From positions 1-20,734 of the forward strand of contig NW_021823868.1 of assembly GCF_006345805.1 (NCBI RefSeq): a stretch of DNA of 20,734 nucleotides. The letters are read 5' to 3'. How positions within the stretch are numbered: position 1 is the first letter of the stretch; each line of letters opens with the position of its first letter. Positions 1 through 9,611 of this stretch are shown one piece after another. Position numbers and translations under genes: made by a program. Origin of the DNA: Octopus sinensis. Lineage: Eukaryota. The notes beneath the pieces are model-generated. The model ran no database searches, was not told where the DNA came from, and worked only from the letters and a program-made list of their open reading frames with translations.

Positions 1-1434
1 TAGTATGTATTTGTCATTAAATGCAATTGGAAGCTGTTCCCAACGACACTGGGAAATTATTTTCGGTCGTACTGTGTTCTTCTGTATTTCAAACAACTGC
101 AACTTCTTGACCTTAAATCATAAACTGTTTCTGCTTCATGTTCGTTTTAATGCTGTTTAAATTACCTCAGCGTATGATCGCATAAGTTATAAATTTTAAA
201 TTAACCAAAGATTGAAACATTACAAGGATAGGAAAGATTAAATTGTCGACTACAATAAGAAACCGCAGAATAGCTACGAGCAACTGTGTTATGCATGTGT
301 AACTAATGAAAAATATTAGAAAGTGTGGAGGTGACGACCAGGCTTCCGTAGTGCTTTTTATAAATTCACATACTAAATATGAAATTGTGAGAAGGACTTT
401 GATCGACGATTGAACTTTTACGCAGTGGCTTAAAAGTACCAGCTACTTTAATTATGTAGGCCTATAAACAGAAATTCTAATTTCCAAAAACAAAGGGACG
501 GTCGTGGTTGGAACGCGTTTCATCATATGTCTACAAGATTAGGATTAACCTGAGGCTAAAACCACAAAACAAATAAACAAAAAAAAACTACTATATGATA
601 ATTAATACGTAAGCAATACGTAAAGGTATCCATGGGGATCCATGGGCAGCCGTCGATATTTTCAATCCAAAGGGTTTTTTATTAACTCATTATTTTACAC
701 ACTATTATCTATAGCTTTATCTGCTTCGCGATTCACCGTTCTAGACATTCCATGTATGATGGAGAACTGTACAACTTATTACAAACGTCAATCGAAAAAC
801 ATAAAACAATAAATCTATGGCCATGAATTGTAAGTGGCAATATAGTGACGAGAATAATGTTCTATCTTAATTAAATCTAACCTATAAGCCATTTCTGATG
901 TATTTGTTTGCGTTTATGAGATGATTGAACTCATTGCCAGCGTAATAAAACGAGAATATTCTTGCTCAATTTCCAATCGTAGTAGAAAGAAAACCTATTT
1001 AGAATAATATATCTGGTGAACTAGTTAAAAAAACACTTTCATTCGTCACCTATCTTTATAGTATGTATTGTCAGGATTCTGTTCTCTTAAAAGGTAACAT
1101 CACCAAACGACTACGAAACAGTCCACAAAAGCTTTGGAAACCTTTCATGCTGTGCTTTTCCCAACCATAACCTGAAACACAAAACGTAGTTTTAACTATC
1201 CAGGATGTCGTTCTCAGCACTCTGATTCACGCTCTGTGAGTTAGACAGACATAAATAAGGTTATTTGAGAGATTTAATCAAGCAAAACTTCGTGTGATCC
1301 TGGACGTGTAATTACGTATCTATGTATCAAAAACAACGATGTCTATGTGACAATAACAAAATCCATGAGACACCAAACTAACATGAAGAAGCATGAACTT
1401 CAATGTTAAGGATATATAAAGAAGGAACTCGACA

Positions 1435-1607
1435 TTAACCCTTTCGATACCAATCCACCTGAAACCGCCTCTGGCTCTGTTGTACAAATGTTTTGATTTC
1501 AAAAGTTCTAAATCAAAATCTTCCACTAGACCTTAGTCACAATTTAGTCACAAATCCTAACACTAGCTTAATGATAACTAAGTTATTTTACTAAATTCTT
1601 TGTTATA
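1435..1607 (+). mobile_element. Left end of a piggyBac-like MITE (TTAA + CCC terminus), interrupted by a SINE; right end not found
   Basis: TTAA|CCCTTTCGATACC at 1435-1451 matches the TTAA target plus CCC terminus of piggyBac-type elements and resembles a MITE I recall from octopus. No matching AAAGGG|TTAA end was seen. Confidence 0.4.
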
Positions 1608-1866
1608 GGCGCAGGAGTGGCTGTGTGGTAAGTAGCTTGCTTACCAACCACATGGTTCCGGGTTCAGTTCCACTGCGTGGCACCTTGGGCGAGTGTCTTC
1701 TACGATAGCCTCGGTCCGACCAAAGCCTTGTGAGTGGATTTGGTAGACGGAAACTGAATGAAGCCCATGTATGTGTGTGTATATGTTTGTGTCTGTGTTT
1801 GTCCCCCCCCCCCGCGATACAAGTGTGTTTATGTCTCTGTAACTTAACGGTTCGGCAAAAGAGACC
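1608..1866 (+). mobile_element. tRNA-derived SINE, family A (CORE-like central domain), 3'-truncated
   Basis: Starts GGCGCAGGAGTGGCTGTGTGGTAAG. A-box-like TGGCTGTGTGGT at 1618-1629 and B-box-like GGTTCAGTTCC at 1661-1671, then a CORE-like CACCTTGGGCGAGTGTCTT and an internal (TG)-rich tract. Clearly homologous to 15722-15969 and to 17428-17745 (-). Confidence 0.85.
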
Positions 1867-2159
1867 AGAATTGTAAAAACTTAGCAGCAGAATCCGGACA
1901 TCAACGTTTACTCCAAGGTAGACATTGCCACAAAATTATGAGCAAAGAATTGTCTACCTATGACTATCCTGTCTCTCTTTTCAACACGAAATGTATCTTG
2001 GATTACGGTATGCAAAGAATTCTTGTACTCGTAAGCGGTGGTTTAAGTTGCTATTTCTAGCAAACCCTGGACTTCGTAGGATACATTTCATTGGTTGGAT
2101 GGCTTTCTTTGGATGTATGTGTGTTGTTTTCTGCGCGTGCGCGTGCACAAATAGCTATG

Positions 2160-2330
2160 ATGGTGGTGGTAGTGGTGGTAGTGGTAGTCGTGATTTGTGT
2201 CGCGTGTGCGTGCGTGCGCGTAAGTATAAGTATTCGTAGTGCTGGTCGGGCCAACGGTGAGTGCATGTGTGTTTGTTTGTGTTTGTGTATGTGTATGTGT
2301 GTATGTGTGTGTGCGTGTGTGTGGACATAT
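2160..2330. repeat. Simple repeats (GGT)n and (TG)n/(TGCG)n
   Basis: Directly visible tri- and dinucleotide runs. Confidence 0.9.
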
Positions 2331-2825
2331 GCGTCTATATGAATGAGTGTACGAGAAGACTACAGAAATCAATAAGAAATAACAAAGAAAAATCACTGAA
2401 AAGATTAGAAACGGCAATTTAAGAATTAAGAACTTGCAAAATGTACTCCGATGCTTAATAGAATAATAGAGGAGCAGCTTTTGTACGAACACATTTCGGC
2501 CATGAATCAAATATCCAGCCTTTGTTTACATTAAAGAGATACATGGTTGATTAGAAATCTGCCTGGAAACTTTGTATTGTCTTGCTTCCCATAATCTTCA
2601 TGTTTCGTTCTACGTATAGAATTGGACGTTGTTGTTTTATGATGTAAAGGAATTTGGAATGAAATGGCTGCACACGAGAAAAAGCATTAACTAATGAGAT
2701 TTGGGTTGGATAAATATATATATATCTATATATATACGATATAAAACATGTCTGTTTCAACTTTGGATGATGGACGAGAGCATATGGAAACGTCTGTTCG
2801 TGGTATGCCGTTTATGTATGCGTAC

Positions 2826-2836
2826 ATGTATTCATG

Positions 2837-2898
<62 letters not shown>

Positions 2899-3050
2899 TA
2901 AACATATATATACATACATATATAATATTATATATATATAAACATATATATGCATACATACATATATATATATATATTATATATATATATATATACGTGT
3001 TTCTGTGTGTACATATGTTTGTTTATATGTGTCCTACCTCTTTCTATATG

Positions 3051-3113
<63 letters not shown>

Positions 3114-3180
3114 TGTGGTTGTGTGTGTGTTGTGTGTGGTGTGTGTGTTGTGCGTGTGTGTATGTATATGTTTGTGTATA
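2826..3180. repeat. Compound microsatellite (TA)n/(TACA)n/(TG)n
   Basis: Long perfect (TA)n runs around 2825-2891 and 3057-3086, followed by (TG)n. Confidence 0.95.
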
Positions 3181-3287
3181 AATCTTTCATTTCATTGAGG
3201 ATGCTTTTGTGCTCCTGAGTGCACGTGTAAAATGATACAGCCAATGGAAATCTAATGTTAGCAAACGATGAGATTCACTATCTCTTC

Positions 3288-3501
3288 ATCTCTCTCTCTC
3301 TCTCTCTCTCTGAATACATACATACAAATATATATATATATATATACTATGTATGTATCCCTAAAAATAAATGTATAAATTTCTTGAATGTAACAGGAGA
3401 AATATTTCTTTCTTTCAACGCATGCATTTGGATATCTGACACACAAAGCGCACGCACACGGCACACAAATTCGTACAAGCACGCCATTACACATCGACGC
3501 A

Positions 3502-3546
<45 letters not shown>

Positions 3547-3605
3547 GTATGTAGATATATATATATGTCCCTCTGTGTATGTGTGTGTTTGTGTGCGTGT
3601 GTGAA
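3288..3605. repeat. Microsatellite cluster (TC)n, (TA)n, (TATG)n
   Basis: Directly visible runs, with some unique sequence between them. Confidence 0.85.
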
Positions 3606-4342
3606 TGCGTAGATATCCGTGTATACCACACATTACAAGGATAGACGTAATTGCTTGACCTTTCATTATCAACCTTATCAGACGGTTAATGGACATGCTA
3701 GCTGGAAGAATAAACGAGCCCGCGCACACGCACACACACAAACACGCTCATACACACATACCCACACACACACACATGTTACACTCATAAATGAGTGTGC
3801 ACAGTGGCGTTATATTTTCATGTAGGGCAGGGTGGGAACGGAGGTTGCGCTAGCAAATGTGTGCATGAATGATAAGGCATTCTGACGAAAAGAAAACTGC
3901 GATGATTTATCGATGACTATGTACATATATATATATATATATATGAGTGTATATGTATAAGTGACGGTGAGTATGTCGGTCTGCATGTGCTCAAGGCACT
4001 CGTGTACATAGATATATTCACACTTGTAGCCACAAATAACGTAACTGTTTATGTTTCTCTGCATGTGTCTGGGTGTAACTAAACAAAGAATAGTCGAGTG
4101 AAAATGTGACTCAATGATTGAAGGACTATGATGGTAATAGAGAGAGAGGGGGTATAGAGAGAGAAAGAGGGTGAGAGAGGGAATGAGGGAATGAGGGAGT
4201 GTGTAATGGCGAAAGAATATTGAGATGCTGTGTGGCGTTGCTAAATATAGAAACAGTATGCAACTGAAATACTAAAAATGATAATGAGAATACTAAAAAT
4301 GAACCCGACCTCTCTCAAAAAGGAAGTAAAAAAAAAAACAGG

Positions 4343-4510
4343 AAAAATAATCCAGAATTCTTGCCCGGCACCGGAGAGATCCCAAAATCTAATCAGTTCG
4401 TGCCTGAAAGTTTTATTCGAATCCATTCAGCAGATATCTTGTCCACGGACAAACAAACGAACAAACAGGATTGAAAACAATACCTCCCGCCTTAGCGAAG
4501 GTGGAGGTAG
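4343..4510 (+). mobile_element. 3' end of a non-autonomous Helitron/Helentron-type (DINE-1/HINE-like) element
   Basis: An (ACAA)n tract is followed by a terminal GC-rich hairpin ACCTCCCGCCTT-AGCG-AAGGTGGAGGT (4482-4508). This microsatellite-plus-palindrome layout is typical of HINE-like elements. The family assignment is inference. Confidence 0.45.
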
Positions 4511-4539
4511 AAATAACGGGAGAAATATCGGTGATATAA

Positions 4540-5128
4540 GGCGGCGAGCTGGCAGAAACGTTAGCACGCCGGACGAAATGTTTAGCGGTATTTCGTCCGC
4601 CGTTACGTTCTCAATTCAAATTCCGCCGAGGTCGACTTTGCCTTTCATCCTTTCGGGGTCGATCAAGTAAGTACCAGTTACGCACTGTGGTCGATATAAT
4701 CGACTTGATCCGTCTGTCTGCCCTGTCCTTGTTTATCTCCTCTGTGTTTAGCTCCTTGTGGGTAGTAAAGAAATAAGTATTTCGTCTGCCGTTACGTTCT
4801 GAGTTCAAATCCCGCCGAGCTCGTCTTTGCTTCTCATCCTTTCGGGGTCGATTAAATAAGTACCAGTTACGCACTGTGGTCGATATAATCGACTTAATTC
4901 GTTTGTCTGTCCTTGTTTGTCCCCGCTGTGTTTAGCCCCTTGTGGGTAATAAAGAAATAGGTATTTCGTCTGCCGTTACGTTCTGAGTTCAAATTCCGCC
5001 GAGGTCGACTTTGCCTTTCATCCTTTCGGGGTCGATTATGTAAGTACCAGTTCCGCACTGTGGTCGATATAATCGACTTAATCCGTTTGTCTGTTTTCTC
5101 TGTCCCCTCAGTGTATAGCCCCTTGTGG
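4540..5128 (+). mobile_element. tRNA-derived SINE family B (MetaSINE-like body): one head plus three tandem body+tail units
   Basis: Head GGCGGCGAGCTGGCAGAAACGTTAG at 4540. Units start TATTTCG at 4589, 4778 and 4962 (189, 184 and about 167 nt). Units 2 and 3 carry B-box-like GAGTTCAAAT and unit 1 has CAATTCAAAT. All three carry a variant of the core GGTCGACTTTGCCTTTCATCCTTTCGGGGTCGAT. Confidence 0.9.
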
Positions 5129-6149
5129 TCTGCTTTATTAAAGTCTACTTCTCTGTCAAGAAATCATTGTAGACGTCGCAGCCCCAGGGCACGTGTGTTC
5201 ACTAACAATCCTAAAACTGGACAATGAAAACAGATAGATCGCCATCCACAAAAAATGAAACGGTAAGCACTTCAATCCCGTCAGACAAAAAACCTGTGGT
5301 AGGGCATGACTAGCAAGCGGTAAATTATGATGCCGGTATCATGCGTATTTTTCCCGGCCATCTGATCATAGAGTAATGAATAATAATAATAATAAACATA
5401 TAATAAGGATGATCTATACCAGGTCAAATAAATATACTTGTGATACAATAACATATTAAATCTGCTCTAATTACGAATAATTCAAACATTAGGAATATCG
5501 ATTGAGGAAGAGGACAAGTGTGGCGTTTCAACACTTTCTCTCCTGGGGAAGAGGGATAATCATGAATGTCTTATCGGTATGCCGCAAAATTACAAATGAG
5601 AAAATGAAGAAAGTTGAGAAAGGACATCGAGGGTAGATGTAGAGAGAAATCTGAGAATATTGAATGTGTGATTGTAAGAGTCGGTGGTACGAGTAGCGTA
5701 AGAGATGCACGATGCTTGGAAGAATATAAAATATGAGTGAGTGGTTGTCCAAGTAGTAGCAAGATATAGGTCGACTGACAGAGTGAGAGCAAGGTGGCAT
5801 ATAATAGAGAAGTGAGAGTAAGGAGGTAGGAATAAAGGGACATATATAAAATAACAAAGCCGCATAAACGAACACGAAGAGAGGAAGAAACGAGACGGAA
5901 TAAGCTGACAGGAGCGGTCGAAACAATGGATTAATAAAAGCTAGTAGGAGAAAATTAATTTTGAAAAATTGATAAGATGTGAAGAACTGAAAAGTCAGGA
6001 GTGGTCAGAAATGAGAAAGAAAAGTGAAACAGTCTATGATGAAAGGTAGGGAAGGATAGGGGGTTGAAGGCGTAGAAATAGAATTGTGAACAGAAGCAAG
6101 ATCTACGAGAACCAAATAGTAAATACACAGCCATGAATCCATATACACA

Positions 6150-6184
6150 CGTATATGTCAAGACACACACTCATACATACAATA

Positions 6185-6245
<61 letters not shown>
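6150..6245. repeat. (TACA)n-(CA)n-(TA)n microsatellite
   Basis: Directly visible. Confidence 0.9.
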
Positions 6246-6362
6246 CAGAGAGGGAGGAGAGGTGGATGAAGGAGGGAGAGAGGTGGATGAGGGTGAGAGA
6301 GGTGGAGGAAGGAGAGAGAGCTGTGGGGGAGGGAGAGAGGTGGAGGAGAGAGGGAGAGAGAG
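6246..6362 (+). repeat. Purine-rich ~21-nt degenerate minisatellite (GAGAGGTGGA(T/G)GAAGGAG..)
   Basis: GAGAGGTGGA recurs four times, with a ~21-nt period for the first three copies. The strand is almost entirely purine. Confidence 0.75.
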
Positions 6363-6507
6363 TAAGATGTGATTGAAGGGTTACATAAAAGATCAAGACA
6401 TACCAAGGTGATGCACGCTACAATTGGTCACTAGACGAAATGACACAGTAAAGACATTAAACGCGGTAAAATAATTGATTATCATAGCACTCAATGCATC
6501 GATGAAG

Positions 6508-6580
6508 GGAAGTTCAGTAGTTCAAATCCCGCAGAGGTCGACTTTACTTTTTATCCTTTGGGATTGATAAAATAAGAACC
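6508..6580 (+). mobile_element. Old diverged fragment of SINE family B
   Basis: GTTCAAATCCCGCAGAGGTCGACTTTACTTTTTATCCTTTGGGATTGATAAAATAAG aligns with the family B core. Confidence 0.7.
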
Positions 6581-6677
6581 GGTACTCTATCCTAAGAAAA
6601 TTTCAAGTCCTGTGTCTGATGTGTTCACGGTGACATTAGCTCTGAAATAATTCTTCAACGGTAAGCATGAGTAGAGG

Positions 6678-6714
6678 AAGCCGACCTCTGCGAGATTTGA
6701 AATGCTGAACTTCC
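6678..6714 (-). mobile_element. Short inverted family B fragment
   Basis: Its reverse complement matches 6508-6544 at 33 of 37 positions. Confidence 0.65.
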
Positions 6715-6823
6715 TTGGGGGCGATGATTTTCGGTTAATATACTGTCTTGACTATGTTATTCTGTCTAATTATCACCTCGATATGATTTGATCTTTTATG
6801 GATGCCTTCAATCAAATATCTCC

Positions 6824-6827
<4 letters not shown>

Positions 6828-6868
<41 letters not shown>
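6828..6868. repeat. (TC)n microsatellite
   Basis: Near-perfect run. Confidence 0.95.
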
Positions 6869-6871
<3 letters not shown>

Positions 6872-6957
6872 ATAAGCAAAATCGTGATTGTCCTTGCATA
6901 CAGTCATGTCCCCTGCATTACTCCCCAGATGAGCGTTCCTAATCTTGCGGGATCTTG

Positions 6958-7180
6958 GGTGCTGATGCCATGTAAAAGGCAACCGTAGCAGCACCCGTGC
7001 TGGTGCTGCATAAAAACGCCTAGTACATTCTGTAAAGTGGTTGGCATAAAAGGATAGCATCCAACCAACCAAAACAAACATAGAGACTGAGTAGGTCTTC
7101 AGCTGGCCAGATCCTGTCAAACCGTCCAACCCATGCCAGCATGGAAAGCAGATGCTAAATGATGATGAAGATGATGATGT
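6958..7180 (+). mobile_element. 3' part of a SINE with a Deu/Nin-like central segment and an (ATG)n tail
   Basis: Contains TGTAAAGTGGTTGGCATAAAAGGATAGCATCCA (resembles the GGTTGGC..AGGAAGGGCATCCAGCC motif) and ends CCAACCCATGCCAGCATGGAAAGCAGATGCTAAATGATGATG. Recognised from memory. Confidence 0.5.
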
Positions 7181-7264
7181 CTGTGTGTCTGTGAGTGTAT
7201 GTGTTTTGTCATATATGTATGAGTGTGTATAGGTGGATGGTTGTGGATCTATGTATTTACAACT

Positions 7265-8856
7265 TGGTTCTTGTAGATTTCTAAAGTTTGGTCAAAGTGT
7301 TCTCGATAGAGGTTGGCACTTGATGTCGAGGAACTGATTGGTGATGCGCAAACATGTGCAATCCCAAGCAGATCTATCCACGACAACCTCCACCACATGC
7401 AATGTATCACAGATAGGATATGTAAGAAAGCTAGCATGAGTGGAACCCTGGTCAATCTGGATCAATCACAGGTTTTCTCACGGCGGCAGGTTTCGTTCTT
7501 GTTTTCCATGGCTGAATTGCTGCAATTGAACAGCGATATTTACTAGGTAGTTCGAGTGAATGGTTACCTATCGGAATCATTGAGCACCATGTGCTCACTC
7601 CGTCAATGCTCTTCCCTCTCGTCTGTTCTGTAGGTTCTGGCTCAGGAGCCACTACTGTGGAAATTGGAAGCGTTGAGAGACATCCTGCGCGAAATCAGAT
7701 GAGGGAGAACAGTGACATTATATGCGGACGACGTCACCGTCATAGCGTCGAACACCAGACACATAAACCTTACTGGCATAGCACTAAAAGAATTGAGACG
7801 AGGTGACGAGGAGGGTAAACAATCTCAACTAGAAATGGGACGAGAGAAAGCAATCGCTGAAAGGTTGGGAAAGGTCACATCACATCCATAATATACTACC
7901 GTGTGACCGTTGTGCCCTCCCCAGTCTACATCTGACCATATTCGAGTGCGTACTCTTCCGCATTCCACTGGTCAGGCGCTCGATTTGCTGTCAACACCCG
8001 CTGAATGGAAGACTGGGCATGTCGTGGCTGCTGATGCGCAGACACGTGTTGAGGCTACGATACCTACAGCACATACTTCACGGTGAGCAGATGTGGTCAC
8101 CGTTGATTCGACTCACTCTTCCACTGCTTGTTTCTTTGACTGGGCAGCAGTCCTGGATCAAGCACAGACTGACGCAGAGCGCTTGGCATCAGGAGTATCA
8201 TCAGATGCTCACAGTTCTCTGTCAGTCGAACAATGTAGTCTTGGAAGTTCCATTTTGGAACTTCTATGGAAGGTTAGTAGCAGACAAGAGCGACGACATT
8301 CTCACGGAGACTCAGAGCGTCCACGAAAATCAACTGGCTGGTCCTTTCCAGTGGACTTTCAGGCCGGGGCCTATAGGTAATTTTCAGAAATCCTCGGCCT
8401 GGCACTGTTACCGAGGAGCGTTGCTGATTCGAGATAAACTCTACAGGCATGGAAGTGCCGTTAGCCGGACTTGCCTGAGATGTGCACAGAGCCACGAAAC
8501 TGTGCCCGAACATTGTAAACTTGTGGGTTTATGTCGAACACATATAGGACAGATCAAGCTATCGGCTGGATCCATTGTGAGGATTGTTTCACCCTTTTCC
8601 TTTGGCTGAGAAGAGCAGGCAGTGCTTATTTGTCTGGTGGCCTTAGCGAAAGAGGTTGTGGTATGGTGGACCAGGCTGAAAGGGCTGAAGGCAGATACTT
8701 TCCTCTTTAGCCGAGACTTCATCAACTTTTTCAACTTGAAAAGGAAAGTGAGAGTAGAGAGGGAGGTGCTATCTCTCAGCAATCTTACTGAGAGACGGGT
8801 GAAAGTAGAAAGAATGGTCTGAGTGAACGGGCCATTCTCTAAGCATGCACCTGTAA
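7265..8856 (+). pseudogene. Disrupted ORF2 (reverse transcriptase plus C-terminal zinc-binding domain) of the Tx1/L1 element
   Basis: ORFs 7313-7546, 8019-8609 and 8622-8822 are collinear pieces of one ORF2 broken by stops and frameshifts. Confidence 0.85.
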
Positions 8857-9100
8857 ATTGTAAACGCACGATGTGGAGAGGACACTTGCGCTAGTGGTCT
8901 GAGCTACCATGGTTTCGTGTTTCCACTAGCAGCCCCAGGAAAATCTCCCTCTTTTGGAGCATTATTCAGTGTTAAATTTATAATTTATATTGCTACTTTT
9001 ATTTTTACTCTTTGCAAGCTTCTCTCTACAACCCCATATTGTATTCTCTTGTACTGTCTCCATGTTTTTTTGTGAACACTTTGTGGTAAATAAAGAAAAT
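7265..9100 (+). mobile_element. 5'-truncated, decayed Tx1/L1-clade non-LTR retrotransposon (RT, zf-RVT, 3' UTR)
   Basis: Pieced across stops and frameshifts: LIGDAQTCAIPSRSIHDNLH...LVNLDQS, VVRVNGYLSES...LRQ...EPLL, YADD at 7721-7732, RKQSLKG, CQHPLNGRLGM, and W...GALLIRDKLYRHG...CLRCAQSHETVPEH (zf-RVT-like). The T-rich 3' UTR ends ...TTGTGGTAAATAAAGAAAAT at 9100. There is an apparent internal deletion near 7805-7840. Confidence 0.9.
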
Positions 9101-9330
9101 GTCGTTGTATTTCGGAATGGTCATTTTGCCAGTTTAGCCAATAAAAACACACGCACTATATATTTGGTGTTACTTTGCTTCAGTGTTATTTATTTTTTAC
9201 ATTAATCTAATCTTATTTCGGCCAGAGTTTCTTTCGTCACACTCCTGTGACCGCATCAGTGGGTCCTTTGCTTTCTCTTCTTATTTGTGTCTCTCCTTAC
9301 TAACCGTCAGCCATTTTGTATTTCAATGTG
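9101..9330 (-). mobile_element. Probable Penelope-like element pseudo-LTR remnant
   Basis: On the minus strand a hammerhead-like motif is followed by an A-rich stretch and GTGCGTGTGTTTTTATT, as in PLE pLTRs. No PLE coding sequence was seen. Confidence 0.4.
9222..9262 (-). ncRNA. Minimal type I hammerhead ribozyme-like motif (variant core)
   Basis: The minus strand reads CCA-CUGAUGC-G-GUCAC-AGGAGU-GUGAC-GAAA-G-AAA-CUC-UGG: a 5-bp stem II, GAAA, a tiny stem III, a CUC triplet and a 3-bp stem I. It has C in place of the conserved A9. Confidence 0.4.
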
Positions 9331-9437
9331 TGTTCTTCATTTGCGCATGCGTATATCTCTATGTGCGTCTATATTTAATTAGTGTGTATGTATGTGTGGG
9401 GGAACGCCTGTAATATTTGTATCTTCTGTTTATATAC

Positions 9438-9531
9438 ATTATTATTATTATTATTATTATTATTATCATTATTATTATCATTATTATCTTTATTATTATC
9501 ATTATTATTATCATTATTATCCTTATTATTA

Positions 9532-9608
<77 letters not shown>
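9438..9608. repeat. (TTA)n/(TCA) trinucleotide microsatellite
   Basis: Directly visible, about 170 nt. Confidence 0.97.

Positions 9609-9611
<3 letters not shown>

Noticed and set aside
1-111. Minus-strand open frame VKKLQLFEIQKNTVRPKIISQCRWEQLPIAFNDKYIL after TTTAAG
   Set aside because: The acceptor is weak, the peptide is unrecognised, and it is truncated by the window edge.
1608-1680. tRNA-like sequence with A and B boxes
   Set aside because: It is a SINE head: no complete cloverleaf, and it continues into SINE body sequence. The same applies at 4540 and 15722.
1991-3825. Many ORFs of 66-156 aa rich in YI/CV/HT dipeptides
   Set aside because: They are translations of (TA)n, (TG)n and (CA)n microsatellites, with no coding signature.
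4278-4874. 130-aa (+) and 87-aa (-) ORFs
   Set aside because: They run across the HINE-like end and SINE units and are chance open frames in repeats.
4589-5128. Regularly spaced repeats that could suggest a CRISPR array
   Set aside because: The whole ~185-nt unit is repeated with no unique spacers, the context is eukaryotic, and there are no cas genes.
5161-5268. Possible plus-strand exon ending at the donor ACG|GTAAGC
   Set aside because: All three frames contain stops and the acceptor is weak. The IIVDVAAPG similarity to REL domains is too short to support.
7252-9112. TGTATTT on both sides of the Tx1 element as a possible TSD resembling GGTATT
   Set aside because: It is only 7 nt, offset from the junctions and in AT-rich DNA, so it is not distinguishable from chance.
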